A model generated the notes under the pieces. It was not told the origin of the DNA. It did no database searches and saw nothing but the letters and a program-made list of their open reading frames with translations. From Promethearchaeota archaeon (GTDB lineage Archaea > Asgardarchaeota > Lokiarchaeia > Sigyniarchaeales > SOKP01): 15,916 bases of DNA. Position numbers and translations under genes: made by a program. The stretch lies in NCBI GenBank assembly GCA_019894975.1, contig JAGXNO010000063.1:1-15916 (forward strand). Reading direction: 5' to 3'. This document shows, in pieces, positions 1 to 7,688 of the stretch. How positions within the stretch are numbered: position 1 is the stretch's first letter; every line of letters begins with the position of its first letter.

Positions 1-994
1 ATTCAATAGCAGACAAATTCTTTATTATTACTCCACTTTGAGCCATATTTAATACTCCCGTGATGAGTACCAAAGTTGTTAAAAGGGGTAAATTTATAGG
101 AAGAACATTTGTACCTCTTAAAATAGAGCTGACTAATGCGTTACTTACTTCAGAGGGAACAAAATTTCCCGCATAAGCAAGAGTAACTAACTTATAGAAA
201 ATTAACATGTATAAATTAATAAGCACAATTGCCCCAAGTATATAACCTAGCCTATTTAGTTTTCGGGTCAAGGGAATATCTTCAATACTTCCCATCTCAT
301 TTAAGGTAGTGGATATTTTTCCTATTTCGGTATTCACGCCTGTACCTGTTATTAAGGCTTTTGCTCTTCCTGTGTCAATGTACGTTCCCATAAATACCAT
401 ATTAAATTGTTTTTGAATAGGTAGAGTTATTTTTTCTATGTTCTTATTCGATTTTTCTACAGGTTCACTCTCTCCTGTTAGAGGTGCTTCATCTACAGTT
501 AAATTTACCTGATGAATTATTCTACCATCTGCGGGGATTTTATCTCCTTGTTCTAATAATACTATATCTCCTGGTACTAATTCTCTATTAGGAATCTCGA
601 ATTGATTCCCATCTCTTATTACTGTAGCTTTTAAAGCCGATATCTGTTTTAAGGATTCTAAGGCCTTTTGAGCTCTAAATTGTTGAATAATGACAGTTGT
701 TGAATTTATTATAACCACAGTGAATGTAATAACTGTTTCCCCGGGAGAACCTAAAATAACAACAGCTATTCCGGTAATAAGAAGAATTATTATTAAAAAA
801 TTAAATATTGGAGCAAGATATATTTTCCATATAGATATTTTAATTTTAGGAAGTTCATTATAACCCGAATTTAGATGTCTCTGTTCTAGCTCAGAAGATT
901 TTAATCCTCGATCTATATCAGTGCTAAAATATTCAACTAAATCATCGATTGAATTATGAAAATAAGTTTTACTAGAACTTTTACTTGTTGACAT
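1..994 (-). CDS. P-type ATPase, P2-like scaffold with atypical M4 motif; N-terminal ~331 aa, runs off the left edge
   Basis: Manual translation from ATG at 994-992: MSTSKSSSKTYFHNSIDDLVEYFSTDIDRGLKSSELEQRHLNSGYNELP... Contains M1/M2, A-domain motifs LVPGDIVLLEQGDKIPADGR and DEAPLTGESEPVEK (TGES at 467-478), NMVFMGT, TGVNTEIGKI, M3, M4 TNVLPINLPLLTT and VIIKNLSAIE, which normally precedes DKTGT (expected just outside the window). Confidence 0.93.
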   Translation of the reverse strand, partial: MSTSKSSSKTYFHNSIDDLVEYFSTDIDRGLKSSELEQRHLNSGYNELPKIKISIWKIYLAPIFNFLIIILLITGIAVVILGSPGETVITFTVVIINSTTVIIQQFRAQKALESLKQISALKATVIRDGNQFEIPNRELVPGDIVLLEQGDKIPADGRIIHQVNLTVDEAPLTGESEPVEKSNKNIEKITLPIQKQFNMVFMGTYIDTGRAKALITGTGVNTEIGKISTTLNEMGSIEDIPLTRKLNRLGYILGAIVLINLYMLIFYKLVTLAYAGNFVPSEVSNALVSSILRGTNVLPINLPLLTTLVLITGVLNMAQSGVIIKNLSAIE

Positions 995-1008
995 GTTTTA
1001 AACAATTG

Positions 1009-1056
1009 AAATGGCAAAGTTATTCTAAATAATAAATATAATAGAATCTGCCATTT
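1009..1056. promoter_or_regulatory. Interrupted inverted repeat upstream of the P-type ATPase
   Basis: AAATGGCA (1009-1016)/TGCCATTT (1049-1056) and inner ATTCTA (1022-1027)/TAGAAT (1042-1047) enclose an AT-only segment; the element lies 15-62 nt upstream of the ATG. Confidence 0.35.
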
Positions 1057-1102
1057 TTAATGGTTTATGTTTTCTAAGAATTTATTTACAAAGTTTTAAG
1101 AA

Positions 1103-2053
1103 TTAGAGTATAAATTCTTGAGGATCTCCCAAGATTTCTTTTAGTTCATGAAATTTCTTTCTTATAGTCGTGCTTGAGAATTTACTATACTTTTCTATAA
1201 GACTTTGTGTAAAAATCTTTCTATTCTCTAAGCTTTGTCCAATATAATAAATTAATCCGGCAGTAAAGGCTTTATAGTTTAAGTTTTGAATATGTGAATA
1301 TGATATTAATTGAAGAATTTCATCTGCTACCAGTTGCATGTTGATTTTAGTTTTATCAAATTCCGATTTGGAGGTAAAAAATTCTGAAATTTCTTCATAG
1401 GGTATACTGTTTAGATCCTTTTGAAAAACGATTTTTATTCTATTTTTAATTTCTTTTTCAATTATTGATGTATCTGAAGTATCTGTCTTTTTCTCCAGCA
1501 TCTTCTCAATTCTTTTTACTTTTACCATAGCATTTGATAACATTTTTTTATTGATTTTATGGCCCAATTCCTTAGAAACTGCAATGAATTCTTCGATCCG
1601 GGTATTAGTAGTGTCTTTTATTTCCAACCAAATGATAGCAAGAAAAATTATAATCATATTTTGATAGTTATGTCTGTGATATTTATTATAGCGTAAATAG
1701 CGGTCTTTAATATCGCGATATCTAACATTATCAATATTTAATCCAATACCATGGCCTTTCAATAAATCAATTGTCTTTTTTTGCTCTGTAAAGTCAGACT
1801 GATAATCTCGGAACCATTTTTTAAGTGTTTTAATTCGTTCATATTTCTCTCGAATAACAGGATCTTGCAAAGCTTTTGAATCGCTAATCCGAATACGTCT
1901 TTCATAATCTCTTTGTGTTTCTGAATAATATTCCCCGTATGATTCTAAATATTCAGAGGCTAGTTTTTCTTCTAAAATTAAACCACAATCTTGACAAACT
2001 AACTCCCCACCTTCTTGCATTACATTTTTATGGAGGCAAATTGAGTTTTCCAT
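1103..2053 (-). CDS. Divergent TFIIB/TFB-like protein (zinc ribbon plus cyclin-fold C-terminus)
   Basis: N-terminal CLH-x11-CQDCGLIL zinc ribbon. The C-terminal AFTAGLIYYIG...TQSLIEKYSKFSSTTIRKKFHELKE aligns by eye with the TFB second cyclin repeat/HTH (LAAACIYIAA...TQSKVADVAKITEVTLRSRAKQIK in the neighbouring TFB). 316 aa. Confidence 0.75.
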   Translation of the reverse strand: MENSICLHKNVMQEGGELVCQDCGLILEEKLASEYLESYGEYYSETQRDYERRIRISDSKALQDPVIREKYERIKTLKKWFRDYQSDFTEQKKTIDLLKGHGIGLNIDNVRYRDIKDRYLRYNKYHRHNYQNMIIIFLAIIWLEIKDTTNTRIEEFIAVSKELGHKINKKMLSNAMVKVKRIEKMLEKKTDTSDTSIIEKEIKNRIKIVFQKDLNSIPYEEISEFFTSKSEFDKTKINMQLVADEILQLISYSHIQNLNYKAFTAGLIYYIGQSLENRKIFTQSLIEKYSKFSSTTIRKKFHELKEILGDPQEFIL

Positions 2054-2226
2054 ATTCAGATCCTAATGATTTCGCTAAAAAAATTCAATTCTTTTCTATA
2101 TATTAATTACAATACTATTGCATTTTCTTAAAAACAATAATATTAATAATTTTTATATCAAAAACAATAATAAGTAAAAATATAATTGCATAAAAAAATT
2201 TTTCTTATATATTTAGTAAAAGTGAG

Positions 2227-2802
2227 ATGGTAAATATGGAACATAGGAAAGTTATTAAATTTCTTACAATAATTGGTTATATTTTCATAATTATCTCTTA
2301 CATTGAAATTAGTTTTTTCATTGCATTAAATTTTATAGATTTCAATTATTTAGAAATAAATCCAATCCCCTTGTCAGAGTTCATTTATGGTTCTTCCTAC
2401 ATATCTTTAACGGGTTCTACACTGTGGATATTCTTAATTATTTCCATGGTTTGTTTTCTAGTTTTGGGATTTTATATATTTAGAACTGCTAAATCCAGTA
2501 AAATAGGAAGTAAATCATTAGCAAAACTAATGGTAGTAATTGGAATGGTGGTTTTAATTGGGGCATTTGTAAAAATGAATTTTTTAGTACTTCTGGGCAA
2601 GACGGATGTATCTACTTTTTATGGACCGATTACATTTCAATCGGCACTCTATGATTTTGATATTACACCCATTATGCCTGGAGTCTTTTGGATTTATTTC
2701 ATTTCTGTGAATTGTGCCTTAATGATTGCAGGGTTGGTTTTAACTGCAATTGGGATTAAATGGTCATTATTAATAGAAAATCCAGAAAAACCAGAAGAAT
2801 AA
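2227..2802 (+). CDS. Hypothetical four-transmembrane protein
   Basis: 191 aa with four hydrophobic segments (~10-35, 62-85, 99-123, 152-180), a basic short M2-M3 loop (RTAKSSKIGSKS) and a charged C-tail. Start may be the second Met (2236). Confidence 0.75.
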   Translation: MVNMEHRKVIKFLTIIGYIFIIISYIEISFFIALNFIDFNYLEINPIPLSEFIYGSSYISLTGSTLWIFLIISMVCFLVLGFYIFRTAKSSKIGSKSLAKLMVVIGMVVLIGAFVKMNFLVLLGKTDVSTFYGPITFQSALYDFDITPIMPGVFWIYFISVNCALMIAGLVLTAIGIKWSLLIENPEKPEE

Positions 2803-2852
2803 AAAGAGAAATAAATAAAAATTAAAAATTTTATCTCAAATTATGAGATGAA

Positions 2853-3779
2853 TTATATAAGCTTACTTTTAATTTGTTTAGCACGACTTCGAAGCGTTAC
2901 TTCGGTAATTTTCGCCACATCCGCAACTTTTGATTGGGTCTTCCGCACGCTATTATTTTTAGCCGCAATGTAAATACATGCCGCAGCTAAACCCTTTGGA
3001 TCTTTTCCTGTTCGTTTTAATCCATTCCTAGATGCATCTTTTAGCATATTAATAGCTTCTTTCTGAATCTGAATAGGAAGGTCTAACTCATTACCAAAGC
3101 GAAATACTAAACTTTCAGCTGTGATTGGTTGATATCTAAGGTTTAATTCGGGTAGTACTTCCCTTATTATCATCGCAAGACTTCGATGAACAGTTCGTCT
3201 TGGTGTTAACGAAGCTTCGCAAACTTCATCTAATAAACGGGGAAAATCATGAACACGAATAGCTGCATATAAAGAGCCCGCTATGAATCCATTTATTGAT
3301 CTTCCCATGGTTAGTTTTTTCTTTGCGACTATACTATATATTTTCCAAGAAGTTTCAGCAATATATTCGGGAATATTTAGTTTAGAAGTAAGCATCTTTA
3401 GTTTTGGTTTTGCTTCCCAAAAATTCCTCTCTATACTTGAGATTAAAGAATTTTGAATTTTAGAAAGACGGGAAAAAAGGGCTTGTTCTTTCGCACCAAT
3501 ACTCTTCCCTTTGCTATCTGTCTTCGTGTTGGGTAGCATAGTACGAGGTCCAAAGTCTCTCCAGCGAGGTTCTGTCCTACGACGGTTCTGTATCTCTTCG
3601 ACTGTGTACGCTCTCCTTTCATTTCCTACAAAAGTTCTTTCAAAGATCAGTCCACAGTTTAAACATACTTTGTTACCATCTCGAGCCTCAACAAATGGAT
3701 TGTTACAACAATAAGTATGGGCAGGGATGTTCTCTTCGATTTTTTCCTCAACATAACGATTACGATATTGTTCGTTCAT
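2853..3779 (-). CDS. tfb: Transcription initiation factor IIB (TFB)
   Basis: Zinc ribbon CC-x13-CLNCG, ERRAY B-reader-like segment, first cyclin repeat with GRSINGFIAGSLYAAIR...PRLLDEV, second repeat with GKDPKGLAAACIYIAA and HTH TQSKVADVAKITEVTLRSR. Confidence 0.95.
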   Translation of the reverse strand: MNEQYRNRYVEEKIEENIPAHTYCCNNPFVEARDGNKVCLNCGLIFERTFVGNERRAYTVEEIQNRRRTEPRWRDFGPRTMLPNTKTDSKGKSIGAKEQALFSRLSKIQNSLISSIERNFWEAKPKLKMLTSKLNIPEYIAETSWKIYSIVAKKKLTMGRSINGFIAGSLYAAIRVHDFPRLLDEVCEASLTPRRTVHRSLAMIIREVLPELNLRYQPITAESLVFRFGNELDLPIQIQKEAINMLKDASRNGLKRTGKDPKGLAAACIYIAAKNNSVRKTQSKVADVAKITEVTLRSRAKQIKSKLI

Positions 3780-3822
3780 ATTTTCTCACAAAATATTGAA
3801 TTAAAGCAGAATAGGGTACTTC

Positions 3823-3844
3823 AAATATCACCAGAGTGATATTT
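3823..3844. promoter_or_regulatory. Perfect 9-bp inverted repeat in the probable tfb leader
   Basis: AAATATCAC (3823-3831)-CAGA-GTGATATTT (3836-3844), 44-65 nt upstream of the tfb ATG. Confidence 0.45.
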
Positions 3845-3887
3845 TAGGTTGAAAATTTTTTATGTAAGCAATATGTGTATAGTTGTA

Positions 3888-3895
3888 TATTTAAA
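3888..3895 (-). promoter_or_regulatory. Putative archaeal TATA box for tfb
   Basis: Minus-strand TTTAAATA about 110 nt upstream of the ATG; AT-rich background lowers specificity. Confidence 0.35.
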
Positions 3896-4117
3896 TCTAT
3901 GTCTCATGTTGAATTCTTTTCTAAGAAAAATGCAAAAAAGTCAATTTTTTTTTTTTTCATTATAAATAACCTATTCATCATTTCAAACTAAATAACGATA
4001 AAATTAGTTTATTATAAAATAATTTCAGTTTTTGGGAGAATTTGCAAACAATAGGGGGAATTGTTTTCTATAAGATAAAGTAAAAAATAAAATATTTTCA
4101 GCTATTATTGTTAAATC

Positions 4118-5833
4118 ATGAGAATTGCTCGAATAAATGTTGAATTTGAAGAAACGCATAATGAAGAAATAACCTCTGATTCAAAATTCTTTTTACTTGG
4201 TGGCCGAGGATTAAGTTCTCAAATCATTCTTGATGAGGTTCCACCATTATGTGATCCTTTAGGTGATGAAAATAAACTAATTTTAGCTAATGGATTACTT
4301 ACAGGTAGCCCATTCCCTTGTTCTGCTCGCACATCCATTGGTGCTAAGAGTCCCTTGACTAATGGGATAAAAGAGGCGAATGTTGGAGGACGCCCTTCCA
4401 TAATGTTAGCATCTCACGGAATTAGAGCCTTAGTTTTAGAAGGAAAATCGTCAGAATTAAAATTTATAGTTATTGATAAAGAGGGTATAAAATTCGAATC
4501 GGCAGGGAATTATATTGGAGTTGGAAATTATGATCTTCATAGGGAGTTGTATAAAAAATTTGGATACAAGATAGGGATTTACTCAATTGGACCTGCTGGA
4601 GAACATTTATTGAAGGCTGCTACTGTTGCTACGAACGATTTAGAAGGATATCCAAGTCGACACGCGGCACGAGGTGGTTTAGGTGCTGTTATGGGTTCCA
4701 AACGAATTAAAGCAATTATAATAGTACCTTTAAAAAACTCACAAGTCAAAATTTTTAATATACAAGCGTTTCGAGAAGTTTCAAAACCATTTGCTAAAAA
4801 CCTCGCTGAGTCAAAGAAAAATTTCTCGATTTATGGAACAGCAAACATGGTCAGGGCTATGAGTGCTTATGGAGGACTGCCTACGAAGAATTTTAGGATG
4901 GGTTCATATGATAAAGCGATGGATATCTCAGGAGAGAAACTTCACGAACTTGTCATTGCGAGAAATGGTAGAAAACGTGTTCCATGCAGTCCTACCTGTG
5001 TTATTAAGTGCTCCAATATAATCACTGATGAGAAAGGTGAACATATAACATCTAGTTTAGAATATGAAACCATTTTCGCAAATGGCTCAAATTTACTAAT
5101 TAATAATCTTGATGATGTCGCACGGATTGATCATTTATGCGATGATAACGGGATCGATACAATTGAATTTGGAGTGACTATGGGCGTTGCAATGGATGCT
5201 GAAAAAGTTAAATGGGGTGACTCTCATAAAGTATTTGAAATATTAAAGGAAATTAAGAAAGGTTCAACAATTGGGAAGCTTTACGGGAATGGAGTTTGTC
5301 ATCTTGGAGAGAAAATTGGCTTTGAGAGAATTCCCCACATTAAAGGCCAAGGTATTTCAGGTTATGATCCACGGGTTTTTAAGGCTATGAGTATAACTTA
5401 CACCACAACTCCCATGGGTGCTGATCATACTGCCGGTGCGGCTATAGCAGGAAGGGTTGCAAATCAAGAAAAAGATTATGGAGAATTAACTGAGAATAAA
5501 GGTAAACTTGAATTATCCTATGAACTACAGTTATATACAACAATACTGGATTCTTTAGGATGTTGCTATTTTATAGGTCCTAGTTATGAGAATATGGAAA
5601 TTATAAAAGGAGCATTGAACGCAATGTACAACTTAGAATTAACCCTAACGGACGTAATAGATATTGGAAAGCGCATATTAAAATCTGAAATAGATTTTAA
5701 TGAAAAAGCAGGGATACCCCAAGATCTGAATGATGTACCCGAATTTTTTAGAACCGAATCTTCTAAACCAACTGGATTGAAATTTACATTTACAGAAGCA
5801 GAATTAAAACAATTCTGGAAAAGATTAAGTTAA
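4118..5833 (+). CDS. aor: Aldehyde:ferredoxin oxidoreductase family protein (W/Mo-pterin, 4Fe-4S)
   Basis: LLGGRGL, AKSPLTNGIKEANVGG, IGPAGE, AARGGLGAVMGSKRIKAI, Cys cluster CSPTCVIKC, EYET, CDDNGIDTI, GYDPR, GADH and DSLGCCYF are all AOR-family motifs. Substrate cannot be determined. Confidence 0.93.
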   Translation: MRIARINVEFEETHNEEITSDSKFFLLGGRGLSSQIILDEVPPLCDPLGDENKLILANGLLTGSPFPCSARTSIGAKSPLTNGIKEANVGGRPSIMLASHGIRALVLEGKSSELKFIVIDKEGIKFESAGNYIGVGNYDLHRELYKKFGYKIGIYSIGPAGEHLLKAATVATNDLEGYPSRHAARGGLGAVMGSKRIKAIIIVPLKNSQVKIFNIQAFREVSKPFAKNLAESKKNFSIYGTANMVRAMSAYGGLPTKNFRMGSYDKAMDISGEKLHELVIARNGRKRVPCSPTCVIKCSNIITDEKGEHITSSLEYETIFANGSNLLINNLDDVARIDHLCDDNGIDTIEFGVTMGVAMDAEKVKWGDSHKVFEILKEIKKGSTIGKLYGNGVCHLGEKIGFERIPHIKGQGISGYDPRVFKAMSITYTTTPMGADHTAGAAIAGRVANQEKDYGELTENKGKLELSYELQLYTTILDSLGCCYFIGPSYENMEIIKGALNAMYNLELTLTDVIDIGKRILKSEIDFNEKAGIPQDLNDVPEFFRTESSKPTGLKFTFTEAELKQFWKRLS

Positions 5834-5870
5834 CAGATAAAATTTAATTAAAATTAAGAGGAAAGTTAAA

Positions 5871-6740
5871 ATGAGAATTGGAGCACACATGAGTGTTTCA
5901 GGTGGTAAGCATTTAGCCTTTGAAAGCGGTAAAGAGTTAGGATGCGAGGCAATCCAAGTATTTGTAAGAAATGTACGGGGTTGGACTTCTGGATCTCTAA
6001 AAGAAGAAGAAATTCAACACTTCATAGAGAAGAAAGAAGAATTCAAGGATGATATCTGGCCTGTTATTTCTCATAACAGTTATTTAGTCAATTTAGCAAG
6101 CTTAGATAAGGAGAAATTAGAAAAATCATATAATGCTATGGTAGACGAGCTTACTAAAGTGGATCAATTATCGATAGAATATGATAATATACACCCTGGA
6201 GTCATCCCAATTAGTGATAAGAAGGAAATCACAAAAATAGAAGCACTAACTCAAATAGCTGCACAGTTAAACAAGCTGATGGAAGCAACAGGATCATCAA
6301 ATGTTATAATATTACTTGAAACCACTGCCGGACAAGGTAAAGGTTTAGGGAATAAATTTCACCACTTTAAAACTATACTAGATAAAATTCAAACTAAAAA
6401 ACGGATTGGAATTTGTTTTGATACTGCTCATTCCTTCGCCGCAGGATATGATTTTACTGTAAAAAAAAGATATGAAGAGATGTGGAATGAATTTGATGAT
6501 ATAATTGGTTTGAAGTACTTATTTGCATTTCACTTAAACGATACAGATAAAGAATGTGGTTCAAGAGTAGATAGACATATCCACATTGGGCAAGGAAAAA
6601 TTGGTAAAGAACCTTTTAGATTCTTTATCAATGATGAACGATTTAAAGATATGCCTGGAATATTAGAGACCCCTAAAGGGAAAGATATGAAAGAAGATGT
6701 TATGAATTTAAAAATACTCAAATCATTGAGGAAAAATTGA
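5871..6740 (+). CDS. nfo: Endonuclease IV (AP endonuclease 2 family)
   Basis: IGAHMSVSGG, HNSYLVNLAS, IHPG, LETTAGQG, CFDTAHSFAAGYD, HLND, DRHIHIGQG and ILETP Zn-ligand motifs; 37 nt after the aor stop, with GAGG upstream. Confidence 0.97.
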   Translation: MRIGAHMSVSGGKHLAFESGKELGCEAIQVFVRNVRGWTSGSLKEEEIQHFIEKKEEFKDDIWPVISHNSYLVNLASLDKEKLEKSYNAMVDELTKVDQLSIEYDNIHPGVIPISDKKEITKIEALTQIAAQLNKLMEATGSSNVIILLETTAGQGKGLGNKFHHFKTILDKIQTKKRIGICFDTAHSFAAGYDFTVKKRYEEMWNEFDDIIGLKYLFAFHLNDTDKECGSRVDRHIHIGQGKIGKEPFRFFINDERFKDMPGILETPKGKDMKEDVMNLKILKSLRKN

Positions 6741-6741
6741 A

Positions 6742-7146
6742 TTATTCTACATCAAACCATACAGGAGCCTTATTAGATGGGCTTCCATTGTAATTTACAG
6801 TAATTTCTTCTCCTTTAGAAATATCTCGAATTGCTATATATTCAATTGACTTACTTTTATAATTATACCTATATTTAGCATTAGGTTTATAAGAATGGTT
6901 TATGAGTTGACTAATACTAAAAGCGATTGCCTGATCATATTCTCCTTTACATTTAGGATCATCCCATTCAAAAGAATAATTAGATAGGATTGTATCTTCG
7001 ATTAAATCCCAATCAGTATTAGAAATAAGGACGATTTGAGCAATGTCTATTGTTGCTCCTTTTGCTATATTCTTTTTTGCAAAAAGACCTTTTCCTTTTT
7101 TTATTGATATAAATTTAACTTCTAATAGATTATTCGTTGAATTCAC
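6742..7146 (-). CDS. SET-domain protein-lysine methyltransferase, copy B
   Basis: KGKGLFA (motif I), LINHSYKPNA (motif III), AIRDISKGEEITVNY (motif IV); no pre- or post-SET Cys cluster; GTG start. Confidence 0.92.
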   Translation of the reverse strand: MNSTNNLLEVKFISIKKGKGLFAKKNIAKGATIDIAQIVLISNTDWDLIEDTILSNYSFEWDDPKCKGEYDQAIAFSISQLINHSYKPNAKYRYNYKSKSIEYIAIRDISKGEEITVNYNGSPSNKAPVWFDVE

Positions 7147-7178
7147 CTTAATGAATAATTATTGATTATATCAGTGCA

Positions 7179-7186
7179 TATTTAAA
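7179..7186 (-). promoter_or_regulatory. Putative TATA box for SET copy B
   Basis: Minus-strand TTTAAATA ending 33 nt before the GTG at 7146, which fits a short-leader archaeal promoter. Confidence 0.45.
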
Positions 7187-7258
7187 TTGATAGGTTTTCT
7201 TGATTCTTTACAAGAGAATGAACTTGGTGGAATATGGCTTTAAGAGACATAAAATCAA

Positions 7259-7663
7259 TTATTCTACTTCAAACCACATAGGGCTGTGATCTTCGACCAG
7301 ACCATTATAGTTGACTGTTAGTTCATCTCCTTGAGCAATATCTCTAATAGCCGAGAATTCTATTGATTTATCTTTATAATCATAAAGATATTTTAGATTT
7401 GGTTGATAAGAATGATTAATAAATTGACTTATACTTAGAGTTATAGCATTTTTATATTCAGGCTTATGCTTGGGGTCTTCCCAAATATAGCAGTAGTTAT
7501 ATAACACTGTTTTGCTAACTTTCTCGTACTCTTTATTAGGGATAGGGATTACATATGCTACATCAACGATGGTACCTTTTTTTATATGTTTCTTAGCAAT
7601 AGCCCCTTTTCCTTTTTTTTCAGAAATTGGTTTTACATCGATATATTCGTGCAATATTATCAC
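7259..7663 (-). CDS. SET-domain protein-lysine methyltransferase, copy A
   Basis: KGKGAIA, FINHSYQPNL, AIRDIAQGDELTVNY. Start is GTG 7663 or TTG three codons later, with AGGTGA as its RBS. Confidence 0.92.
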   Translation of the reverse strand: MIILHEYIDVKPISEKKGKGAIAKKHIKKGTIVDVAYVIPIPNKEYEKVSKTVLYNYCYIWEDPKHKPEYKNAITLSISQFINHSYQPNLKYLYDYKDKSIEFSAIRDIAQGDELTVNYNGLVEDHSPMWFEVE

Positions 7664-7688
7664 CTAAGATGCTTTAATTAATTTGTAT

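Noticed and set aside
1-994. Calling the ATPase a true P4 flippase or a Ca-ATPase
   Set aside because: TGES (not DGET), P2-like motifs and no CDC50-like gene in view argue against true P4; the missing PEGL Glu argues against a standard Ca pump.
1915-2106. 63-aa plus-strand ORF
   Set aside because: Overlaps the TFB-like gene antisense and shows no motif.
2833-2849. ATCTCA-N5-TGAGAT hairpin between convergent genes
   Set aside because: Only 6 bp and AT-rich, so expected by chance; neighbouring T-tracts can explain termination.
3511-6721. Short ORFs 3511-3714, 4219-4401 and 6530-6721
   Set aside because: Each lies antisense inside a well-supported gene (tfb, aor, nfo).
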